64,000 nucleotides of DNA, from the IMG/VR virus record IMGVR_UViG_3300012012_001842; one strand, written 5' to 3'. The translations under genes and the position numbers were made by a program. Source of the stretch: an uncultured virus (IMG/VR IMGVR_UViG_3300012012_001842) (Duplodnaviria > Heunggongvirae > Uroviricota > Caudoviricetes). Numbering within the stretch: position 1 is the stretch's first letter; every line of letters starts with the position of its first letter. Of this stretch, positions 8,856 to 16,986 are shown piece after piece. Below the pieces are notes generated by a model, which was not told the DNA's origin, searched no databases, and saw only the letters and a list, made by a program, of their open reading frames with translations.

Positions 8856-9217
8856 AACATCCCGTTTCGTTCTCCAAGCCGAATGTCGTGGGCTGGATGG
8901 TTGCTGAGTCCGGCTTCACTGGCAAGCAGAAGACGATGGCCGAGCGTTGTTCGGAGCTGTCCTACGAGTGGGCGGCCATGCGCGCGGGTCAGCTCAACCC
9001 GGAGCAGAAGAAGCAGCAGGCTGAGGCGTGTCGGAAGTACGTCGAGCAGATCATGCGGCAGGAGGCGTCTGGATTTGTCGGACTGTCGGCGCTGCTCTGG
9101 TGGTTGCTTCCGAAGGTGCTGAGTGTCATCATCAACATTCTGATCAACTACCTCAACCGAGACGAAGCGACTGTGCAGGAATGGTCCCAGTACGTCGCCA
9201 AATCCAAGCAAGGCTGA
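8852..9217 (+). CDS. Hypothetical protein with one TM segment
   Basis: GTGA overlap; hydrophobic FVGLSALLWWLLPKVLSVIINILI. Confidence 0.55.
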   Translation: MKHPVSFSKPNVVGWMVAESGFTGKQKTMAERCSELSYEWAAMRAGQLNPEQKKQQAEACRKYVEQIMRQEASGFVGLSALLWWLLPKVLSVIINILINYLNRDEATVQEWSQYVAKSKQG

Positions 9218-9220
9218 CAA

Positions 9221-9697
9221 ATGCCCGATAGAAGTCTCTGGCCGACCGTACGCAAGGTCGGCAACAAGTACGAATACGGATCGCTGACATTCTGGGCTGA
9301 CGGCGGCGGCATCTACTGCCACGACCGGGACCCAGGAGAGCAGCTGGAAAACGTGTCCATCACGATGCCCAAGTGGCGTGACCGTATCGAGGAGATGACG
9401 CGCCGACGTAATCATCTCTGCATGTCGTCGCACGAAGGGAATTCGGCGAAGTTGGCCATACAGGCTCAGCAGATTCAGTCGTTCGACGCCTTGCTGACGG
9501 CCATGGAAGAAGTCGCCCGGCAAGTCCTGAAGCAGGGGGACATCATGGACCCCGGCACTCAAAAGTATTTACGTGAGCATGTGGCTAAGGTAAAACGGAC
9601 ACACCTCGTCGGCGCGGACGTGCTGCCAGCGCCTTTGGCTGCCTCACTGTCAAAGACGCGAACGCGACGACTCGACAGCAACCCCTTGCCGGACTAA
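9221..9697 (+). CDS. Hypothetical protein
   Basis: ORF fits the gene packing. Confidence 0.6.
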   Translation: MPDRSLWPTVRKVGNKYEYGSLTFWADGGGIYCHDRDPGEQLENVSITMPKWRDRIEEMTRRRNHLCMSSHEGNSAKLAIQAQQIQSFDALLTAMEEVARQVLKQGDIMDPGTQKYLREHVAKVKRTHLVGADVLPAPLAASLSKTRTRRLDSNPLPD

Positions 9698-9700
9698 CTC

Positions 9701-10105
9701 ATGCTCACCGCTCCCGAAGCTTTCCGCGCCGGTTTTCTGCTCCGCTGTGCTGAAGAGGGGTTGTCTCAACCTCAGATCAACGAGCGGATCGAGAAGTCGG
9801 CTTCGTTTCACAAAGCGGCTGAGGGCGGAGTGCTGCAGACGCTCAAGGACGTCGGCGTAACCGGGCTGACGACGGCGCTGGGTGCCGGCACTGTTATCGG
9901 CGGGCTGGGCGGAGCGGCCTACGGCTTGTCAACACCGGACGATTTCTCATCCGTCAAACGTCCGGACTACGTCGACGATGTGCAGCGGGCGGAGTTGATC
10001 TCCGCCTATCGTCGCAACGCGGCCGACCTCCGTCGGCAGGCTGTGCTGACACAGAGAAAAGCTCAGCGGCAGTCGCGGTTCTCGCGATCGCCTTATGGCA
10101 TCTGA
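9701..10105 (+). CDS. Small glycine-zipper virion-like protein
   Basis: EKSASFHKAAE motifs; GAGTVIGGLGGAAYG zipper. Confidence 0.6.
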   Translation: MLTAPEAFRAGFLLRCAEEGLSQPQINERIEKSASFHKAAEGGVLQTLKDVGVTGLTTALGAGTVIGGLGGAAYGLSTPDDFSSVKRPDYVDDVQRAELISAYRRNAADLRRQAVLTQRKAQRQSRFSRSPYGI

Positions 10106-10119
10106 ACCAAGGGACCTAA

Positions 10120-10518
10120 ATGAGTTTGCTGAAGTTTTTTGAGCGGGACAACCCGCACGACGAGTCCTACGGCGGCAAACTCGGGTGGATCGGCAATGAG
10201 CAGTTGCCGCCGCTACTGAACACCTCGCTGCCGGCGTTGACACAGACGCAGCTGGAAAGTCTGGAGACCCACGCTCAGTTCAGACGCCGCAAGTTCTGCC
10301 TGTGGGTGCCAGAAGAGCTGGCGGAGTACGTGGAAGTTAATGACAAGGCCATCAATGGCCTGTACGATGTGCTGCACTTGGAACGACACGAGTCCCCAGA
10401 ACACGGTGAACAGTATGTCTACGTTGAATGGATGCAGAAATACAGCGCCTTACCGCCAACCGGAGGCTTTGCCGATCCCGGCGAGCGGCCTGTTCACTCA
10501 ATCCAAGGCAGCCGTTGA
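10120..10518 (+). CDS. Hypothetical protein
   Basis: AAGGGA RBS and ATG; ORF fits the packing. Confidence 0.6.
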   Translation: MSLLKFFERDNPHDESYGGKLGWIGNEQLPPLLNTSLPALTQTQLESLETHAQFRRRKFCLWVPEELAEYVEVNDKAINGLYDVLHLERHESPEHGEQYVYVEWMQKYSALPPTGGFADPGERPVHSIQGSR

Positions 10519-11473
10519 CGCCAAGTCTGAAGCTGCCACGCGAGAGATGATTCGGCATTGGCTCATGTACGGACTTGCAGGTGCCGGTGCCGGATTCGGT
10601 CTACGTGGGTTGGCCTCTGTAGACACGCTACTCAATCCACGCCCGATCGTGGACAACACGCCGTCGGGTCCGGTGACTGTGTCGCTCGGATCGCAGGCGT
10701 CAGAGCGGCCGCACGGCTGGATTGAGACCTCTGGTTACCGTCCGGCATACCAGCGTCAGTCTCCGTCACTTCTACCGTCTGTGAAGCTACCTCAGGCACC
10801 TGCCGCAGAGGAAAAACCGGAAAAGCAGAATAATCGGCCAACGAAGCAGGCGGCTGCTTCGATGTCAGGTGCCGCAAACGCGATTTACGACACGGTCATC
10901 AAACCGACAGGGCTGCATCGCGCCTTCGACTTTCCGTTCGGTAACATCACTGTCCCAGAAGCCAAGCCGTGGCATTTGGCTGGCGGTGTCGCTGCCGGGT
11001 ACGGAGCCGGCCGAGGGGCCTACGCACTGGCGGACTGGATGTTCAAGAAACGCCGCAACAACGAGCTCGACGGTGAGATGGCAGCGTCAGAGCAGGAGTA
11101 CCTGGACGCCGTCAAGGAACTTCGCGGCGTGAAGACTGCTTCGCTGGATAAAGCTCGCGAGCTGACCAAAACTGCCGCAGATCCTCCCGCCGTCAAACCT
11201 GATGCGATGTCGCTCTGGGGCGCTATTAAGGGGTTGATCTCTCCGCAGGATCGCGTCAACAACGTGACCGGCCCGATCGCCAATGGCTGGCTAGGGCTGG
11301 CAACTGCCGCCAGCATCCCCGCCGCTCACATTGGCTACAGTCTAGCCAGAGACAACAGCAACGCTCGCGCAATGCGAGAAGCCTTGATGCGGCGTCAGCG
11401 GGCGATTCAGAAGAGCCGCCCGGCTCCGATTGTGTTGACTCGACCTGACGGTGAACTCGAAGAGGCGATCTGA
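10340..11473 (+). CDS. Glycine-zipper protein with repeated K-x-A motifs (start uncertain, 10340-10547)
   Basis: GLAGAGAGFGL, GGVAAGYGAG, GWLGLATAA segments separated by SKAA, TKQAA, VKTAS, TKTAA. Confidence 0.6.
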   Translation: MTRPSMACTMCCTWNDTSPQNTVNSMSTLNGCRNTAPYRQPEALPIPASGLFTQSKAAVDAKSEAATREMIRHWLMYGLAGAGAGFGLRGLASVDTLLNPRPIVDNTPSGPVTVSLGSQASERPHGWIETSGYRPAYQRQSPSLLPSVKLPQAPAAEEKPEKQNNRPTKQAAASMSGAANAIYDTVIKPTGLHRAFDFPFGNITVPEAKPWHLAGGVAAGYGAGRGAYALADWMFKKRRNNELDGEMAASEQEYLDAVKELRGVKTASLDKARELTKTAADPPAVKPDAMSLWGAIKGLISPQDRVNNVTGPIANGWLGLATAASIPAAHIGYSLARDNSNARAMREALMRRQRAIQKSRPAPIVLTRPDGELEEAI

Positions 11474-11474
11474 C

Positions 11475-14400
11475 ATGCCAGGACTGGAACTTCCCGGACG
11501 CCCCGTTGACGATCCGGCGGCAGTCCGACAGAGCATCTTCGATCGAGCACTGGAAACGGCCTCCGCTATCCAGCCGGTCTCTAACGCCCGGCACACGTTG
11601 ACCGTTACCGATGCCGGTTACGAAGGTCCGGAGCGATTCTCTGTCAGCGCGCAGAAGAAGGCCATCCTCGAAGGCGGCTCTCTTGGTCGACGACTGCGCG
11701 GGACGCTCACGCTACAGGACACCGTCACTGGCGCTCCGGTAGCCACTCGCCGGGCGACGCTGGCCACGATCCCGTACTACACGGATCGAGGAACGTTCAT
11801 CGACAACGGTTCTGAGTACACGCTCGGCTCGCAGTTACGCATGAAGCCTGGGGTGTTTCACCGACAGAAGGACAGCGGCGACCTCGAAGCGCACGTTTCG
11901 ACACTGCCAGGCAAAGGTGTGCCGCATCGTCTGTTCCTCGACCCGAAGACTGGCGTGTTCCGCATCCGCGTCGAACAAGCCAACCTACCGCTCGTGCCGC
12001 TGCTGCAGGCCATGGGGATGAAGGACGCCGACTTTCGCGAGATGTGGGGGTCGGACCTCGCCGCCGTGAACTTGCAGAAGTCCACCGGAGCGGACGTTTC
12101 CAAGCTCTACCGCAAGATCGTCCGCAACGGCAAGTCGGACGATCCCAACACGCAGCGACAGGAGTTGGCTGCGGCGATGCAGAACACGCTGCTCGACCCG
12201 GACGTCAGCCGTCAGACGCTCGGGCAGCCGTTCGACCGGGTGTCCACAGATTCGATCCGCGCGAGCACGCGCAAGCTGCTGGCCATTCAGAATCGCGACA
12301 ACCCGGACTATCTGGCGAAGCACGGACTCGAAGCAGCCAGCCAGGATGATCGCGATCATCTGGCTTACATGATGTTGCACGGACCGGAGGACATGATCGC
12401 CGAGCGGTTGGGCCGCGGCTCTCGCATGCTCAAACAGGTGCTGTGGAAATCCGGACGTCGCAACAATCTGGATCACGTCACGGCCGGCATGTTCGACCGC
12501 GACGTTCGTAGTGCCTACCTCGGCAGCGGTCTGGGTCAGACCAGTGAATCGATCAATCCGCTGCAGGTCTTCGAGCAGCAGATGCGTGTCAGCCGTCTGG
12601 GCCAGGGGGCGATTGCCAACAAGTCCGCTGTGCCAAGTTCGAGTCGCGCCGTCCAACCGAGTTACCTGGGTGCCATCGATCTGATCACGACACCCGAGTC
12701 AGAAAGTGCCGGTGTCGACATTCGCATGGTGCGAAACCTGCGAAAAGGCCGAGACGGTGAGATGTACCAACGGGTGCGAGATGTTCGCACTGGGGAGTTG
12801 GTCTGGAAACAGCCCAAGGAGCTGCAGGACGCCGTGGTAGCCTTCCCGCGCGCCGAGAAGAACGCGTTCGAGACCAACGCCGGGATGCGTGTGCCTGCGA
12901 TGCGTGGCGGCAAAGCCAGCTACGTGCCAGCGGACTCTGTGCAGTATCAGTTGCCACACATGGAGCAGGCGTTCAATCCCACGGCCAATCTGGTACCGCT
13001 CAAGTCGGCCATGAAGGGTCAGCGGGTGGCGATGGGCGCTCGTTTTCTGACACAGTCGTTACCGCTGAACAATCCTGAGTCGGCTCTGGTGCAGAGCGGC
13101 GTGCCAGACGAGGACGACAAGAGTTACGACGAGTCACTCGGCGAACGCATGGGAGCTGTGCGGGCTAAGGCCGGCGGCCGAGTTCGCAATGTCACTCCAG
13201 ACGGTCTCGAAGTGCAGTACGACGACGGCACGACAGACATGGTGGAGCTGGCCTCACATCTTCCAGCCAACCGCAAAACCATGTTTCACCAGGAGGCGGC
13301 TGTTCAAGCCGGGCAACGCTTCGAGGCCGGGTCTCTGCTGGCGAAGAGCAACTACACCGACGCGAACGGGGTGACTGCGCTCGGCAAGAACGCCAGGGTC
13401 GGGTACATCAGCGCGCGTGGGAAAAATTACGAGGACTCGATTCTGGTCAGCCGCAGTTTCGCGGATCGGATGGACTCCAACCATCTCTACCAGTCTCCAG
13501 TCGAGATCAACCCTGACTCGCAAGTTGTAGGCCGCAACAAATTCCTGGGCATCTTCCCCGGCAAGTTCAACAAGCAACAGCTGGAAACGGTGGACGACAA
13601 TGGCGTGGTTAGAGTCGGACAACGAGTCGAGTTCGGAGATCCCCTGGTACTTGTGGCAGGACGACGACAAGCTCGGGTGGGTGAGGTCAGTCGATCCCGT
13701 GCTCATGCGTTCAGCGATCAGACGGAGACCTGGACTCATCACACACCCGGTATTGTTACCGATGTTGCCAAGACCAAAACCGGCTGGAACGTCGCCGTTA
13801 AAACAAGTGCAGTGATGCAGGAAGGTGACAAGGCAGCCAACCGCTTCGGCGGGAAGGGCGTCGTGAATGTCATCCCCGACGACCAGATGCCGATCGCCGA
13901 AGACGGACGGCCGCTCGAAGTCTTGATGAACAGTCACGGGATCATTTCCAGATCTAATCCTTCGCAGGCTATCGAGACCTGGCTGGGGAAAGTGGCGGAG
14001 AAAACAGGCAAGCCATACAAGATCAAGGATTTCGAGGACATCGACGACCTGGCTGGGTTTGCCCAGCAGGAGTTGTCGCGGCACGGACTGAAGGGGACGG
14101 AGACGCTCACCGATCCGGTGACGGGCCGCAAAATCCCTGGCGTGTTGACCGGTAGCACGTACATGTTGAAGCTGCACCACGTCAGTGAAGCCAAGGCGAG
14201 CGGTCGAACGTTCGGTCGCTACGACCAGGACGGCGTCCCAGCCAAAGGCGGAGACGATGGCAGTAAGACGTTCGGCATGCTGCACCTCAACGCGATTCTG
14301 TCCCACGGTGCCACGGGAGTCATCCGGGACGCCTCACTCGTGCGCGGACAGCGCAACAACGAGTACTGGGCGGCGGTGATGGCCGGACGCAATCCACCAG

Positions 14401-15884
14401 ACCCACCGACGCCGCTCGTCTACCAGAAGTTCGTCGAACAACTGCGGGCGACCGGTATCAATCCAAAGCGAGAAGGCACCCGCACTCAACTGATGGCTTT
14501 GACGAACGCCAACATCGACCAGCTCGCCGAGAATCGCGTGCTGGGAAACAGCAAGACCGTGGAGTGGCAAGACGACACGCTGCGACCGATCAAGGGCGGT
14601 CTGTTCGACGAGTCGCTGTTTGGCGGCGCTGCTGGCAACAGATGGGCACGGTTGCCATTGGTCGAGCCATTCCTGAATCCAGTGATGGAGCGTCCGGCGT
14701 TGAAGCTGCTTGATCTGAAGGAGCGGGAGTTCCGGGACATCATCGCCGGTCGAAAAGAACTCGGCGGCAAGACCGGTCCTAAAGCCATTGGCGACGCACT
14801 GTCGTCCATCAACATTGATCGCGCGATCGAGCAGGCGAAGATTGCCATCAAGAGTTCGCGATCCACGGTGCGCAACGCAGCCGTACAAAAGCTCGGCTAC
14901 CTGAACGGCGTCAAGCAGACTGGAGTGCCGCCGTCCGAGTGGATGTGGAACTCCGTGCCGGTCATGCCGCCACAGTTCCGCCCAGTCGGCAAGATGGGCG
15001 GCGGGGACGTGCCGTTGGTTTCGGATGCCAATTTTTTGTACAAGGATTTGTTTGACACGCACGAGAACTTGAAGTGGTCACGCGACAATCTCGGCGACCA
15101 CGGTGATGATCGGCTGGCCACCTACGACGCCATCAAGGCCGTCACTGGACTCGGCGATCCTGCACCTGTGAAGCTGCAGGAACAGAAGGTCCAAGGCGTG
15201 CTGAAGCACATCCTTGGGAACGGACCGAAAAACAGCATCGTGCAGCGTCGATTGTTGGGCAACAAGGTCGATCTGGTCGGTCGCGGCACGGTGCTCGCCA
15301 ATCCAGACCTGGGCTTGGACGAGGTCGCCATCCCGGAAGAGCAGGCGTGGAAGGTCTACCAACCGTTCGTGGTTCGCGAACTCGTCAAGCGCGGCTTGTC
15401 TCCTGCGAGGGCGGCTATCGCGGTCGCAGGCAAGCAGGACGTCGCCAAGCGGGAGCTGCTGGGCGTGATGTCGCAGCGGCCGGTGATTCTGGATCGCTCT
15501 CCGGTGTTGCACCGGTACGGCGTGATGGCGTTCTGGCCCAAGCTGACAAAGGGTAGCAACATCGAAACGAACTCGGCCGTGAACAAAGGCTTCACGCTCG
15601 ACCACGACGGTGATGCGATGTCGTTCCATGTTCCAGCCCACGCTGACGCTGTGAAAGACGCCATTGAGAAGATGCTCCCCTCCAAGAACCTCTTCAACGT
15701 GTCGCAGTTCAAGGTGCATCAGCTGCCGCAGCAGGAGTACCTCGGCGGACTGTACGCGGCGTCTACGGCCAGATCCGATAAGCGTTCGGCTGTGTTCGCC
15801 ACTCGTGCGGATGCTATAAAGGCTTACCACCGGGGCGAGATCGATCCCGGTCAACAAATTCAAATTGTGAACGAGAAGGAATGA
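11475..15884 (+). CDS. rpoBC: Phage RNA polymerase: beta subunit fused to the N-terminal (catalytic) half of beta'
   Basis: beta motifs: GTFIDNGSEY..SQLRMKPGVF, INPL..RVSRLGQG, TTPESESAG, QRVAMGA, GKNYEDSILVS, GDKAANRFGGKGVV, SRSNPSQ, YMLKLHH. beta' motifs: GGLFDESLFG, EWMWNSVPVMPPQFRP, LLGNKVDLVGRG, DRSPVLHR, catalytic DHDGD at 15600-15614, PQQEYLGGLY. Confidence 0.95.
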   Translation: MPGLELPGRPVDDPAAVRQSIFDRALETASAIQPVSNARHTLTVTDAGYEGPERFSVSAQKKAILEGGSLGRRLRGTLTLQDTVTGAPVATRRATLATIPYYTDRGTFIDNGSEYTLGSQLRMKPGVFHRQKDSGDLEAHVSTLPGKGVPHRLFLDPKTGVFRIRVEQANLPLVPLLQAMGMKDADFREMWGSDLAAVNLQKSTGADVSKLYRKIVRNGKSDDPNTQRQELAAAMQNTLLDPDVSRQTLGQPFDRVSTDSIRASTRKLLAIQNRDNPDYLAKHGLEAASQDDRDHLAYMMLHGPEDMIAERLGRGSRMLKQVLWKSGRRNNLDHVTAGMFDRDVRSAYLGSGLGQTSESINPLQVFEQQMRVSRLGQGAIANKSAVPSSSRAVQPSYLGAIDLITTPESESAGVDIRMVRNLRKGRDGEMYQRVRDVRTGELVWKQPKELQDAVVAFPRAEKNAFETNAGMRVPAMRGGKASYVPADSVQYQLPHMEQAFNPTANLVPLKSAMKGQRVAMGARFLTQSLPLNNPESALVQSGVPDEDDKSYDESLGERMGAVRAKAGGRVRNVTPDGLEVQYDDGTTDMVELASHLPANRKTMFHQEAAVQAGQRFEAGSLLAKSNYTDANGVTALGKNARVGYISARGKNYEDSILVSRSFADRMDSNHLYQSPVEINPDSQVVGRNKFLGIFPGKFNKQQLETVDDNGVVRVGQRVEFGDPLVLVAGRRQARVGEVSRSRAHAFSDQTETWTHHTPGIVTDVAKTKTGWNVAVKTSAVMQEGDKAANRFGGKGVVNVIPDDQMPIAEDGRPLEVLMNSHGIISRSNPSQAIETWLGKVAEKTGKPYKIKDFEDIDDLAGFAQQELSRHGLKGTETLTDPVTGRKIPGVLTGSTYMLKLHHVSEAKASGRTFGRYDQDGVPAKGGDDGSKTFGMLHLNAILSHGATGVIRDASLVRGQRNNEYWAAVMAGRNPPDPPTPLVYQKFVEQLRATGINPKREGTRTQLMALTNANIDQLAENRVLGNSKTVEWQDDTLRPIKGGLFDESLFGGAAGNRWARLPLVEPFLNPVMERPALKLLDLKEREFRDIIAGRKELGGKTGPKAIGDALSSINIDRAIEQAKIAIKSSRSTVRNAAVQKLGYLNGVKQTGVPPSEWMWNSVPVMPPQFRPVGKMGGGDVPLVSDANFLYKDLFDTHENLKWSRDNLGDHGDDRLATYDAIKAVTGLGDPAPVKLQEQKVQGVLKHILGNGPKNSIVQRRLLGNKVDLVGRGTVLANPDLGLDEVAIPEEQAWKVYQPFVVRELVKRGLSPARAAIAVAGKQDVAKRELLGVMSQRPVILDRSPVLHRYGVMAFWPKLTKGSNIETNSAVNKGFTLDHDGDAMSFHVPAHADAVKDAIEKMLPSKNLFNVSQFKVHQLPQQEYLGGLYAASTARSDKRSAVFATRADAIKAYHRGEIDPGQQIQIVNEKE

Positions 15885-15887
15885 GGC

Positions 15888-16568
15888 ATGGTCAACCAAG
15901 TGCTGCTCGACATGGTGAAGCGAAGTTTTGTACCTCCAGGTGCCGGTGGTGACCCGGCAGCTATGGGTGCGCCTCCAGGTGGCGACCCTAATGCGGCACC
16001 GCCACCAGGAGGGCAGCCTATGCCGGCCGGTGATCCGAACGCAGCGGCAGCTCCGGCACCCCCTCCGGGACTTGATCCAGCCATCATTCAACAGATCGTG
16101 CAGGCTGTGCAGGGGGCTGGAGCTGGCGGCGGTGGAGCTGCCAAACCTAAAGGGGCTGGCAAGAATGATGAAACCACGCAACAGCTCTACAAGCTGAACG
16201 TGCTGTTGATGGCCATCGCCAAGCAGCTCGGTGTGGAGATTCCTGACGAGATGTTCCTCGGCCCTCCCCCTGGCGACCCAGCAGCACAACAGCAAGCAGC
16301 TGCTCCTCCTGCAGACCCGGCACAGGACCCAAATGCAGCCGCCCAGCCGCAGATGATGGACGTTGCGCCGTCAGTGGCAATGCCGAAGATGGCTGAAATT
16401 GTCCCCACCCTCGGGTCGTCGTTCGACATTTCCGGCACGCCGGCAATGTCGCTGGTGGATGTGCCGACGTCGAGGCAGGCAGCTGAGCAACAAGCAGCAC
16501 AAAAACCGAGTACGACTACCAAGGCAGCCGCACTGGTTGCGCTGCTGAGATCTCACAATCGAGGTTGA
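15888..16568 (+). CDS. Pro/Gly/Ala/Gln-rich low-complexity protein between the RNAP genes
   Basis: GGDPAAMGAPPGGDPNAAPPPGG repeats; VKRS, PKMA and TKAA motifs. Confidence 0.65.
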   Translation: MVNQVLLDMVKRSFVPPGAGGDPAAMGAPPGGDPNAAPPPGGQPMPAGDPNAAAAPAPPPGLDPAIIQQIVQAVQGAGAGGGGAAKPKGAGKNDETTQQLYKLNVLLMAIAKQLGVEIPDEMFLGPPPGDPAAQQQAAAPPADPAQDPNAAAQPQMMDVAPSVAMPKMAEIVPTLGSSFDISGTPAMSLVDVPTSRQAAEQQAAQKPSTTTKAAALVALLRSHNRG

Positions 16569-16819
16569 TGATGCTGGTAGAACTGATCGATGATCGCGGA
16601 CACCCGCACGCAATCTCCGCGCAACGCGTCGTGATTAGAGATACGAGAACCGGCACGCCGATCAGCCTGGCTCTGGAGGCTGTGCCGGGTCAGTACCTTG
16701 CCGCCACGGCGGCGGACGGCAACGCATTTCAGACCATGCTACGTGAGATGAGAATCAGTGACACTGTGCTGGTCACCAACCTGACTCCGGGAACCATTCC
16801 AGACATTTCGATCGGTTGA
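16565..16819 (+). CDS. Small hypothetical protein
   Basis: TTGATG overlap with the upstream stop; GAGG RBS. Confidence 0.55.
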   Translation: MMMLVELIDDRGHPHAISAQRVVIRDTRTGTPISLALEAVPGQYLAATAADGNAFQTMLREMRISDTVLVTNLTPGTIPDISIG

Positions 16820-16836
16820 TTTTGTTGGGCGCTACA

Positions 16837-16986
16837 ATGTTTCGAGGCTGGTTGAAGCTGCTGCCGTTCTTCGTCGTGGAGCGGCTCGCGCGGCGTTACT
16901 GTGCTCGATCGACTGTGGGTGACTGGCTGTCTGAGTCAGGTGTGTCTGTAAGTTTTCACACAACTGGAATGGTGCGACCATGCTGA
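16837..16986 (+). CDS. Possible 49-aa ORF (below ORF-track cutoff)
   Basis: ATG 16837, MFRGWLKLLPFFVVERLARRYC...; fills the gap and overlaps the next start. No RBS. Confidence 0.3.
   Translation: MFRGWLKLLPFFVVERLARRYCARSTVGDWLSESGVSVSFHTTGMVRPC

Noticed and set aside
15885..16979. Intron or intein interrupting beta'
   Set aside because: No homing endonuclease, intein termini or group I/II features; both halves have proper start and stop codons.
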